DNA of 64,000 bases from NCBI GenBank assembly GCA_963834385.1, contig CAWIBO010000003.1:416001-480000 (forward strand), written 5' to 3'. This DNA comes from an uncultured Verrucomicrobiae bacterium (GTDB taxonomy: Bacteria > Verrucomicrobiota > Verrucomicrobiia > Chthoniobacterales > UBA10450). The notes below the pieces were generated by a model. That model was given only the letters and a program-made list of their open reading frames with translations, did not search any database and was not told where the DNA came from. The first letter of the stretch is position 1, and every line of letters starts with the position of its first letter. The position numbers and the translations under genes were made by a program. Shown piece by piece: positions 10,592-18,766 of the stretch.

Positions 10592-10791
10592 GCGAGGGCA
10601 ACTTCCAACACCTTTGCACTCGGGGATAAACGAACTGGGCTGGGCTCAAACCATAGCTCCAAAGCCTCCTTGGCGTTGTGAACTGCCTCTTCCTCGGTTT
10701 CACCAGCCGAGGCGCACCCAGGCAGCTCGGGAAAAAACGCGGCCCAACGATTCGTTTCCCGGTCCTGTTCCACCACAAGGCGCAATTTCAT
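10588..10791 (-). CDS. hicB: HicB family antitoxin
   Basis: PELPGCASAGETEEEAVHNAKEALELW signature. Confidence 0.9.
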   Translation of the reverse strand: MKLRLVVEQDRETNRWAAFFPELPGCASAGETEEEAVHNAKEALELWFEPSPVRLSPSAKVLEVALA

Positions 10792-10797
10792 GATCGA

Positions 10798-10826
10798 ATG
10801 GTATGCGGTTCTTCTCTTGACGACAA
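10798..10826 (-). promoter_or_regulatory. sigma70-like promoter, probably leaderless, for hicB
   Basis: Minus strand TTGTCG (10826-21), 17-nt spacer, TACCAT (10803-798), 6 nt, ATG. Confidence 0.6.
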
Positions 10827-10865
10827 ACTCTCAATCCGATGTCGAGAAGAAGGAGGCGTGGCGAT

Positions 10866-10878
10866 GCCGCGGAGCCTA
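10866..10878. repeat. Copy of the tRNA-Asp 3'-end core (att-like)
   Basis: gccgcggagccta is identical to 12197-12209; its cggagccta matches tRNA 19451-19459. Confidence 0.55.
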
Positions 10879-11040
10879 ACGAAGATGAAGTCCACAGATT
10901 ACGCAGATTGACACAGATTAGGGGGAGGTGCCGGCGGCGCAACGGCCGGCGCCGGAGCTGCTTTCCCTTCCGTCATCCTGAGCGAAGCGAAGGACCTCCC
11001 ATGCCAGCACCCGCAACGCCCCCAGTGTTACCTTGGAGGA
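10879..11040 (+). repeat. Composite ~165-bp direct repeat, copy 2
   Basis: acgaaga..gtccacagattacgcagattgacacagatt.gggggaggtgccggcggcgc..ttccgtcatcctgagcgaagcgaaggacctcccatgccagcac. Confidence 0.9.
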
Positions 11041-11120
11041 CCCGATAGGCATAAAATGCGATAGCGAATGCAGCTCGCAGCGGAGAAGTTCCGCCACTGC
11101 GAAGGGTGCCCTTCCGAGGC

Positions 11121-11453
11121 TCAAGGTTTATCAATGGGAACCAGATCGACCATGCTGATCACCGCGTCCACGCGTCCCGTCTCCCGATGAATCCCAACCC
11201 GATAAATCTCCCCGGCTTGTAGAAGGAATCGGACAACAAAGATGGGGATGCTCCCACCCGATTCCGGTTCAATCGTTCCCTCCGTCACTTTGACGATGGT
11301 CGATTCGGGCAGCCTGTGCCCGTCGCGTTCGAGAGCCCCCTTGGCGATTCGAATGGCCTCACGCTGCGACACTGGTTGATGCCTGGTAAGCTGATCATCT
11401 TTGAAGGAGCAGCCCGCAACCAACAAAGTGACGACAAGAAAGAAACGTCTCAT
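11121..11453 (-). CDS. Small lipoprotein, PepSY-like
   Basis: MRRFFLVVTLLVAGC lipobox; VSQREAIRIAK and YRVGIHRETGRV resemble PepSY. Confidence 0.6.
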   Translation of the reverse strand: MRRFFLVVTLLVAGCSFKDDQLTRHQPVSQREAIRIAKGALERDGHRLPESTIVKVTEGTIEPESGGSIPIFVVRFLLQAGEIYRVGIHRETGRVDAVISMVDLVPIDKP

Positions 11454-11509
11454 GGGCCGGGAGCCGTTTTTCCTTTGTCCATTGGGAAGGGTTGACGTGA
11501 CTTTAGCCG

Positions 11510-11566
11510 AACGGAAGATCTCGGAGAGCGATTTTTCTTGGGTCGAGCCTTTGGAACCTTTTTGAC
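11510..11566 (+). repeat. Second-type direct repeat, copy 1
   Basis: aacggaa..gcgatttttcttgggtcgagcc tttggaacctttttgac matches 12255-12325. Confidence 0.75.
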
Positions 11567-11591
11567 CTCGGCGGTCTGCGTCCGGGCGCGG

Positions 11592-12128
11592 CTAAAGATC
11601 GCCGTATGCGCGGCCGGTATAATCTTCAAATTTAAAGCCGCTGCGCTCAGTGATCTTGCGCTGTGCTTTTAGAACAAATGTGAAAAGCAGGTGGCCACGG
11701 ATGCCACGCGCCGCCACCAGGCCATCGCCGGTGCCGAACGAATACGACTTCACGATTTCAAGACGCCGATCGTCGTAGCCTATCCAGAAGGGGAGGCGGA
11801 CGAAGCCCAAGTCGTTTTTGAGCTGGAAAAGCGCTGCTTTTACCGGTTCGTTTCCTTCCGAAAACTCGCCCAACGCCATGACAAACCACGCGATGTCAAC
11901 GATGGCGGGATGCTGTTCCCATGAGAGTGCGGGATGCGCATTTAAGTCGAGATGGGCTGCTGCGGCGGACTCACGCAGCCGAGTGACCGCGAGTTCCAGC
12001 CCGCCAAGGACCATCTCTTCGTCGTATCTGATATCGACCGACGTCGTGCCTTCCGCCTCAACAGCCCGAATCGGCGAGCTGCCTGCGAGGCAGAACAACA
12101 CAGCTATAACGACCTTCCTAGATGTCAT
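11592..12128 (-). CDS. Hypothetical exported protein
   Basis: MTSRKVVIAVLFCLAGSSPIRA signal peptide; 178 aa; no family recognised. Confidence 0.6.
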   Translation of the reverse strand: MTSRKVVIAVLFCLAGSSPIRAVEAEGTTSVDIRYDEEMVLGGLELAVTRLRESAAAAHLDLNAHPALSWEQHPAIVDIAWFVMALGEFSEGNEPVKAALFQLKNDLGFVRLPFWIGYDDRRLEIVKSYSFGTGDGLVAARGIRGHLLFTFVLKAQRKITERSGFKFEDYTGRAYGDL

Positions 12129-12254
12129 CTGTATCTGCAGGTGCCATTCTCTACGGTGTAGCACTATCATGAGCAGGAGCAGGAGTCGCGGCAAAAGCCG
12201 CGGAGCCTACACGGTCCGCTACGTTCTTGTCATTTTCGGCTTTTCTTAAAATGA

Positions 12255-12325
12255 AACGGAAAAACTGCGAAGGCGATTTCTCCTGGGTCGAGCCCTTGAA
12301 TCGACCCATTTGGAACCTTTTTGAC
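12255..12325 (+). repeat. Second-type direct repeat, copy 2, with internal hairpin
   Basis: aacggaa..gcgatttctcctgggtcgagcccttgaatcgacccatttggaacctttttgac; gggtcga/tcgaccc stem; related tttgatacccttttgaca at 12391-12408. Confidence 0.75.
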
Positions 12326-12377
12326 ATTCTGCTTAAATACCCGGCAAAACCGGACGCGAGATCCTGTTTTTCCAGGG

Positions 12378-14033
12378 TTACGGACCCTCGTTTGATACCC
12401 TTTTGACAGTTGGCGGCGAACATTGGTCCTCACTCGGCATCGCTATTAGACGCTCCAACGCTGTATAATGTCGATCAAGCCGCGGGTGTCTTGCGCGCAG
12501 TATTTTTCGAGTGCTCTTCCTGACACGGCGTCGTTCCCACCAGCTAATTTGAGAAACGCTGATCCGCATGAATTCGCGGCTGGCGATCTCACCGTCGCTG
12601 ATCTGCAGGCCGTCGTAGGACGTCGCTGTCAATGCCGGCAACACCGCTTTGAGCGACGCGCTGCCATTCTGCGATGGATGATAATATGCCATCCCGCGGA
12701 ATACTTCGAGCAAATCGAGAAAACGCCGCGACACTGCGCTGACCCACTGAGCGCACTCCGGGAAATACAACGCACAGTCGGCTAGTCTCTTGGCTTCGAA
12801 GTTCGTGTTGTAGCCAACGATGCTGCCGCGCTCGCCTAACAGCTCTCTGAGCTCAAGGAGGAACGCTGGTCGAGGATCGTCGTTGCCGTCGGCAAGAAAG
12901 CTGTGGTGCTCCACCCGCGCGCCTTTGCTTCTGATGATGTGGAGGGAGAATTGAAACGGGATCTGGGTGTACGGGCGGGACCGGTCGAATAGCGGAACAG
13001 CCGACTGGATTGTTTCGAAATCGAGGAAATGCAACGGATACTCGAGTCGCGACAGGAATTGTCTTATCGCTGCGCGATCTACGTGTGGCGTTCCGCTTCG
13101 GTGAGATGCGACCTGTCGAACCTGCGCGTCGGTTAGAACCATATCTGATGGCATGTCTTCGATTCGAAGAATCCCTCGAGCGAGCAGATCCCAAGGCCGG
13201 CTTTTTGCGTTCCGTAAATCGAACACGCTCGGTTTCGGGAGAAAAGCCCAGCACGATTCCATCAGCGAACAGTCATATGGGTCCGTGCAATGACGTGACA
13301 CCTTCACGTCCGGACATTCCGCTAAAGCCAAAACCGGTTTCATTTCTTCCACCTTTCCATGAACCGCCGGTAGCAGTGCGTTGATCGGGACGGTTACGTC
13401 AATTCGGGTTAGCAATTGATGCGGATTAATGTCGCCGGTCCGAATGTATTTTTTGTTCACCAACAGCAGGTAACAGTTCCTAATCGATAGTCCTGCGCCT
13501 TCGTAGACGTAGCGTTGGAAGGCGAGATCCTGGAGATAAACCTCTCTGAGATCATCTAAGTCTTCGGGGACTCCTGAGCTCTTTACCTCGATGACGTCCC
13601 AGCGCCCATCTGCCGTTGGAGCAAGAATGTCCGCTCTGCTAAAGCACCCGTTGTAAATGAATGAAGCTTCGAAGATCGCTTTACCTTGGCGCAGCGCATC
13701 GCGAGTCGCGCTAACGGGTTCGGCAAAGCCACCTATATCGCCAAGATCGACACCGCCAGGATATAGCTTCTTCGCCCACTGGCCGACTTTGTGGCCCTGA
13801 TCGAAAATGGCTTCCAAGGTGGCGTCAACCGGCGGAAGCAGAGCCTTGTTGTTATAATGAATCCAGAGCGCTTTCGGACACTGCAGGCCAACCAGATACT
13901 TTGTCTTCGATATTAACGGCGGCCCTTTGAGCGACGCCTCGTTTTCTAGAGCGAACCAGCCGGTAAGCAACCGACCTAGGGATAAAACAGCCGATCGCAT
14001 CATGACAAAGCCGCGAACTACTTGCCGAACCAA
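12378..14033 (-). CDS. DUF2779-family protein (PD-(D/E)XK nuclease-like N-domain plus RNase H/DnaQ-like domain)
   Basis: ISKTKYLVGLQCPKALW; RADIL..WDVIEVKSS; DLAFQRYV; FLDFET; PFQFSLH; YNTNFE; SLKAVLP. The conserved end LEKYCAQDT lies in another frame after ~12515 (stop 12446), so there is a frameshift; start uncertain. Confidence 0.85.
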   Translation of the reverse strand: MVRQVVRGFVMMRSAVLSLGRLLTGWFALENEASLKGPPLISKTKYLVGLQCPKALWIHYNNKALLPPVDATLEAIFDQGHKVGQWAKKLYPGGVDLGDIGGFAEPVSATRDALRQGKAIFEASFIYNGCFSRADILAPTADGRWDVIEVKSSGVPEDLDDLREVYLQDLAFQRYVYEGAGLSIRNCYLLLVNKKYIRTGDINPHQLLTRIDVTVPINALLPAVHGKVEEMKPVLALAECPDVKVSRHCTDPYDCSLMESCWAFLPKPSVFDLRNAKSRPWDLLARGILRIEDMPSDMVLTDAQVRQVASHRSGTPHVDRAAIRQFLSRLEYPLHFLDFETIQSAVPLFDRSRPYTQIPFQFSLHIIRSKGARVEHHSFLADGNDDPRPAFLLELRELLGERGSIVGYNTNFEAKRLADCALYFPECAQWVSAVSRRFLDLLEVFRGMAYYHPSQNGSASLKAVLPALTATSYDGLQISDGEIASREFMRISVSQISWWERRRVRKSTRKILRARHPRLDRHYTALERLIAMPSEDQCSPPTVKRVSNEGP

Positions 14034-14293
14034 TCCGTGATATCGAAAAAGACGCTTAACTCCTTCCCGTCCGGTCCCTGCAAGATGATTTCATCGATCT
14101 GACGACCCGCTTCGTTTTTGCGAGAACGCTGGCGGAGCTTCTGATGCCGCGGGAACTGCGCTTTTATCCACGCTTTTTCAGCGGCAACACCCTGCTGCTC
14201 GTTCTTTGCCTTTGGCAGCGTGATGTGAGCCGAAGCATCCGCGGCCCAATTGGGATCGATCATCCAGTTTTGTTGGTCGTCTTCTTCTAACAT
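14018..14293 (-). CDS. Hypothetical protein, 91 aa
   Basis: Clean ORF; GVAAEKAWI and FFDITDWFGK look like a small conserved domain of unknown function. Confidence 0.6.
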   Translation of the reverse strand: MLEEDDQQNWMIDPNWAADASAHITLPKAKNEQQGVAAEKAWIKAQFPRHQKLRQRSRKNEAGRQIDEIILQGPDGKELSVFFDITDWFGK

Positions 14294-14299
14294 TGTCTT

Positions 14300-14518
14300 T
14301 CAGCTGCGGTTCCGACCAGCCAGACTGCCCAGCCAAAGTCTGCGGTTCCGCGTCGAGTCCGAGGCAAGGCCGCTGATTTTGCGCTGAGCGTCGACAATCG
14401 CTTGGGCGTCCCGTTTGTCAGCGACCCAGGCGATTAATTTCTTTTGTGGCCCGACAATCGCCCACGGAAATCCATTCGGCGGATTAATCTGTGCTGCGTC
14501 AATTTTCCACTGATTCAT
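14300..14518 (-). CDS. Small hypothetical protein
   Basis: 72-aa ORF, AGGA upstream, co-oriented with neighbours with a 6-nt gap. Confidence 0.45.
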   Translation of the reverse strand: MNQWKIDAAQINPPNGFPWAIVGPQKKLIAWVADKRDAQAIVDAQRKISGLASDSTRNRRLWLGSLAGRNRS

Positions 14519-14597
14519 GTCCTTAAGCTTAGCCGCGAGAAGGCGCTAACTTCAGGACAAAGTTCGGGGACGGAATCCATCCAGCCATTAGTCGCCA

Positions 14598-15209
14598 TCA
14601 AATGTAATTTGCAATCGCATCGGCGATCTTGAATCGGCATCCAAGCGACTGAGCCCTTAACGGGTGAGCGGGCGCGGTTGATAGTGATGGGGGATTATAA
14701 ACTACTTTCGAAGTAGCGCCGTTTAAATAGAACGGACTCGGACGCGGACTGAGGGATGACAATGCAGCTAAAGCGGAAGCAGCCTGGCCCTTCGGAAAAT
14801 TACTCCCCCAAGCAAACCAACAAAATCTCGCGCTGCGATTGGGTGATTGGTCGCCTGGACACAGGCTTTTCAACGCAGCGTAAACATTTGAGTTGCATAA
14901 ATAAAAAAGGTTTAGAATCTCGACATAGTCTCCTATTTTCGGGCCTCCGCGCTTCGCCTTTAGTTGCGCTTCATTCAGGATTTTGATCACCGCGTGCATC
15001 GTGTTGTCTAGCGTCGGCCAAACGCCCCAAGTAGTCGTTGCGGCTACCGGCTTCTGTGTGCCGGGATTGCACATCCAAATGATACCGACACAATTACCCT
15101 GATGCTGCTGGTAACTTTGGATAGGCGTCGTGGCAGGCAGAAAGTACGCCCTAGTGTCCTTACGCGTGTGCGGCGGACCTACATCCCATTGTCCGTAAAC
15201 GAGCGCCAT
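14598..15209 (-). CDS. DUF1643-like protein
   Basis: IIWMCNPG, EILNLFY, WFAWG and C-terminal HPL match the DUF1643 motif pattern (MxNP, NLF, AWG, HP). Confidence 0.65.
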   Translation of the reverse strand: MALVYGQWDVGPPHTRKDTRAYFLPATTPIQSYQQHQGNCVGIIWMCNPGTQKPVAATTTWGVWPTLDNTMHAVIKILNEAQLKAKRGGPKIGDYVEILNLFYLCNSNVYAALKSLCPGDQSPNRSARFCWFAWGSNFPKGQAASALAALSSLSPRPSPFYLNGATSKVVYNPPSLSTAPAHPLRAQSLGCRFKIADAIANYI

Positions 15210-15223
15210 ATTCTTGAGCCGCT

Positions 15224-16270
15224 TTAACCCTTCTGAAGCAATTTTCGCAGCCGACGAAAATCGCCGGAATCCTTAAACCCGATCTTTGCGGCAACAAACT
15301 CATAGCGTTTGTCACCTTTCAATCCTTGTCGGCGCGCAAAGCGATCAGCGAGCTTTGCCTCTCGTTTAAGGCCGACTAGTTCGCGTCGGCCGATTGAAAA
15401 GCCTAGCCCTTGTCGGGCGATACCCCGTGCTCGATGTAGCTGCATCACTTTCGAAAAATCGAGGTCACGCTTCGGGTCCAAGCTGAGATATCCCGGAATG
15501 AACAATTGCGTTCCATACGGAGTAAAGACGACCGACGTTTTCAGCAGCAGTGGTGTGTCGTCCTCCATTCCCCACAGATAGTACTTCCAGCAAAGTAGGT
15601 CGAATAAGGCTTGGAAACGCGCGCCGTCATCGGTGAACTCGGCGCCCGGACCGCGTTCCCAATTCCGTTCTGGCATTAAGGAGCGATTGATTACTTTCTT
15701 CCGAGCGATCGATTGCGGGAAAGTTTGTTTGAGAAGGGCCCATTCGTTTCGAAAGTCTTCTGACTGCTCCAGATAGAATAGATACTCATCATACTTCTCC
15801 TGCGCCCTCAGGTAAAATTCGTAGCGCCCTTCATGCACCAGCGTTTCTGATTCTCGGATCACCCCCGGCGCGGCAACCTCCAGTCGATTGAAACCGCATC
15901 GACCGTCAGCGGCATTAAACTGAACAATCATTTCAGCGAGGAGGATCGCCGCGGGATCCGGCGAGGCTGAAGTGAGCGCGCTCTTCAAGTAGTTGGCGTA
16001 ATTTTCTGGAAACGCGGGGAAGGCGGATTCGCACTGCCAAAAAGCGTAACAGCACCAGCCTAGTGCTTCGGCCAGCAGCTCCACGTTGGGATCGTCATTT
16101 TTCGCCAGGACTTTCGGAACTCTTGCAAACAGAAATTCGATTAGGGATCGCGCCTCGGTCGAATCGACAAACGGTAGCGATTTTAGATGAGCGACGACTT
16201 TGGATCGCCATCCCGTTTTAGGGAGACCAAACCGATTCAACCATGTCGCCGCGAACGCCTGTTCACGCAT
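15224..16270 (-). CDS. Hypothetical protein with possible C-terminal HTH
   Basis: 348-aa ORF; basic C-terminus RYEFVAAKIGFKDSGDFRRLRKLL resembles an AraC-type second HTH. Confidence 0.65.
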   Translation of the reverse strand: MREQAFAATWLNRFGLPKTGWRSKVVAHLKSLPFVDSTEARSLIEFLFARVPKVLAKNDDPNVELLAEALGWCCYAFWQCESAFPAFPENYANYLKSALTSASPDPAAILLAEMIVQFNAADGRCGFNRLEVAAPGVIRESETLVHEGRYEFYLRAQEKYDEYLFYLEQSEDFRNEWALLKQTFPQSIARKKVINRSLMPERNWERGPGAEFTDDGARFQALFDLLCWKYYLWGMEDDTPLLLKTSVVFTPYGTQLFIPGYLSLDPKRDLDFSKVMQLHRARGIARQGLGFSIGRRELVGLKREAKLADRFARRQGLKGDKRYEFVAAKIGFKDSGDFRRLRKLLQKG

Positions 16271-16361
16271 CAGTTACGTTATACGCGGCACGGCAGGAAA
16301 CGCGAAGGCTGAAGATTGGTCCCATACTCAGTCCTGAATTTCCTCTTCGACATCCAGTAAG

Positions 16362-17387
16362 TTGGCGGCGTTGAAAACGATTGGGCCAATCATAACCGCA
16401 CTAGATATCGGCCACTCGAAGTGCTGCATGGCCTGCGCCGAGGCAGACCCGCGCGGGTTTCTCCAGCTAATCGGAGTCGCCGAACGGTCATTCCTGATCG
16501 ATCCGCCCCAAGCGAACGCATCAGCCGATTTATTGCAGAGAACGATCGCCGATCTCGTTAGACATTTCGAGCAGAAACACGAAATTGTAATTCACACTGT
16601 TCAGCTGGCCGTCAACGGAAAGGACATTCGAGGCGAAACATTCGCCGATGCCGAGCAAGCGGCCATCCCCTTCGGGAACGAAATCATTCATCGGTTCGAT
16701 AGCTGCGGTCGCGAAGTTGATTGGTGGAATTTCGCGCAGGGACACATCATTCACGCGAAAAGAAGTTCGATCGAAGAGAAAATAAGGATCGCACGCCGCG
16801 CCGGTCTCCAGGTGAATCGACTAGTTCTCACTAGTTTGGCCAGCGCATTTGCCGTGACTAGATCGGCGGAACGCGACGGTCGGAATTGCCTGGTGATCGA
16901 TATTGGCAGTAGCAGTGCCGGCTATGTTTTATTTTACGAGGGCAGCATTGCAGCCAGCGGAGTCATCGAAGCCGGAGGACATCTAATCACCGCCGAAATT
17001 GCGTCTTCTCAAAATGTCTCGTGGGCAAAAGCGGAGCAACTAAAACTGGCCCCGCCCAATGACTCGGCAGAAAGCGAGATCATCGCGCGTCATTTGATTG
17101 AGCTTTTTTGCAATGTCGCTGAGAAGGTCCGCAGTGGGTTATCGAAGACTGGGTATGTCTACCTGACTGGCGGAACGAGTCGATTTCCAAACATCGAACT
17201 GATTGCCGCGGGAGTGTTCGATCGACCGGTTTATCGCGCTGCCGCGTTGAACTTCGTGGGCGAATGCGAGCCTACGCGACCGGAACAATCCACTGCGTTG
17301 GGGTTGCTAAAATACGCCGTGTCACACGGTAGCGTCCCGCGCAAAGAATGGCAGGCACGGCGCTGCACCAGGAACCCAGTTTTATGA
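16362..17387 (+). CDS. Divergent FtsA-like actin-fold ATPase (orphan copy)
   Basis: IITALDIGHSK, LQLIGVAE, HIIH, LASAFAV, LVIDIGSSS, GGHLITAEIA..AEQLK, YLTGGTSRFPNI, PEQSTALGLL follow FtsA motif order. Confidence 0.8.
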   Translation: MAALKTIGPIITALDIGHSKCCMACAEADPRGFLQLIGVAERSFLIDPPQANASADLLQRTIADLVRHFEQKHEIVIHTVQLAVNGKDIRGETFADAEQAAIPFGNEIIHRFDSCGREVDWWNFAQGHIIHAKRSSIEEKIRIARRAGLQVNRLVLTSLASAFAVTRSAERDGRNCLVIDIGSSSAGYVLFYEGSIAASGVIEAGGHLITAEIASSQNVSWAKAEQLKLAPPNDSAESEIIARHLIELFCNVAEKVRSGLSKTGYVYLTGGTSRFPNIELIAAGVFDRPVYRAAALNFVGECEPTRPEQSTALGLLKYAVSHGSVPRKEWQARRCTRNPVL

Positions 17388-18505
17388 AAACAACCCCTCA
17401 GCCAGAAATGAAAACCACACCTCTTGCGCTCACACACGGTGTCGTTACCACCCGATGGCCAGATCAGTATTCGAATGATCCATTCGCGATCGGAGCCACG
17501 CAAGGTTGGCATTCGATGTCCCGATCGGGGCGATGGAATGCCGCAAAAATGATGCATGATTTGCACGCAGCTTTAATTCACTCCCGCGCCGCTGATCGCA
17601 CAGGAGTCTCAAAAACCGGGAAGGTCTATTGGGGAACGCTAATCTTCGCCCCCGACAAAAGCCGTTATGTGGCTTTGCATCATTACGGGGATGAGATCTG
17701 GTTCCTTCGCGTTTGGGCGAATTCCGCCGTTGTCGCGGCCAGCGAATTCAACCGCTTGAGAAAGAGGTATCTCTTGGCCGATCGTGACGACGGCTCTGGA
17801 GAATTCTTCATTTTAACCCATGGAATGGCTGGACCAGATAAGCGTCGTATCAAGGTGCCGGAGCGGAAACTGAATGAAGCAGAATTACATCTGCACTATG
17901 GCGACGACTTTGTTGTTTGGCATACGCAATTGATGGAGCTAATCCGTACCCAAAAGACCGGTGTCACTATTCTGCAAGGACCGCCCGGGACCGGTAAAAC
18001 GAGCTACCTTCGCCATCTGCTGTTCGCAACGCAGAAAACGCATCGCTTTTACTATCTGCCGATCAGCGTTTATCCGATGCTCGTAGCACCGACATCAGTG
18101 GACTTCTGGATTGGCGAGAATGAGACAACCGAGTGCCTAACTAAAGTGGTCGTAATCGAAGACGCCGAAGCGCTCCTCATGCAGCGGGACAACGGCAACC
18201 AGGAATCGGTTTCTAATTTACTCAACATTGCAGACGGATTCCTCGGCGACTTTCTGAAACTGCACGTGATCTGTACCATCAACGCGCCGGTTGAGAAGCT
18301 GGACCCGGCGGTAACACGACCGGGGCGTCTGATTGCCTCACGCCAATTTCGTCGCCTAACAACTAGCGAGGCAATGCGCTTGGCAAACGCAAAAAATCTC
18401 AGGCTCGAGCCGCGCGAGGACTATTCCCTAGCCGAGATTTATAACGGTTCTGCCGCCCGGCTTGACGAATCTAATGATCGAACTCTAGGATTCTCCCCTC
18501 ATTAA
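17384..18505 (+). CDS. AAA+ ATPase (single classical AAA module)
   Basis: Walker A GPPGTGKT, Walker B VVVIEDAE, SNLLNIADG, SRH LDPAVTRPGRL; ATG overlaps the FtsA-like stop (ATGA). Confidence 0.9.
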   Translation: MKTTPQPEMKTTPLALTHGVVTTRWPDQYSNDPFAIGATQGWHSMSRSGRWNAAKMMHDLHAALIHSRAADRTGVSKTGKVYWGTLIFAPDKSRYVALHHYGDEIWFLRVWANSAVVAASEFNRLRKRYLLADRDDGSGEFFILTHGMAGPDKRRIKVPERKLNEAELHLHYGDDFVVWHTQLMELIRTQKTGVTILQGPPGTGKTSYLRHLLFATQKTHRFYYLPISVYPMLVAPTSVDFWIGENETTECLTKVVVIEDAEALLMQRDNGNQESVSNLLNIADGFLGDFLKLHVICTINAPVEKLDPAVTRPGRLIASRQFRRLTTSEAMRLANAKNLRLEPREDYSLAEIYNGSAARLDESNDRTLGFSPH

Positions 18506-18523
18506 CCAGATGACTTCAATTCT

Positions 18524-18709
18524 ATGAAACAAGACAATCAGCATCCACCACGCAAAGGTGAGACCTCGGCCAAATCTGCCTCGGTCAAAAACGACAAACT
18601 AGCTGCCAACGTTCAAGCGAGCCTAGAGCAGTTAAAAAAAGACGTAAAAGCGGGCGATCGCAAAGCCGCTGAGTTTCAAAAGTTGCTAAATGCCTTTCGG
18701 AAACATTGA
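18524..18709 (+). CDS. Small basic helical hypothetical protein
   Basis: 61-aa ORF 18 nt after the AAA gene. Confidence 0.45.
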   Translation: MKQDNQHPPRKGETSAKSASVKNDKLAANVQASLEQLKKDVKAGDRKAAEFQKLLNAFRKH

Positions 18710-18766
18710 AGTCGCGACGATGGATCAAGCATCTGCGAGCACACCCTTGTCTTGGCAGATTCCTAA

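Noticed and set aside
10476..10793. 105-aa ORF as an intact toxin
   Set aside because: Only the first ~24 aa look toxin-like; the rest is antisense to hicA/hicB.
10063..11040. Possible CRISPR array or integron attC array
   Set aside because: Only two long copies ~815 bp apart; no regular spacers, cas genes, intI or attC R-boxes.
16362..17387. Calling this the housekeeping ftsA or pilM
   Set aside because: No dcw or pilNOP context, island location, truncated subdomains and no evident membrane-targeting helix.
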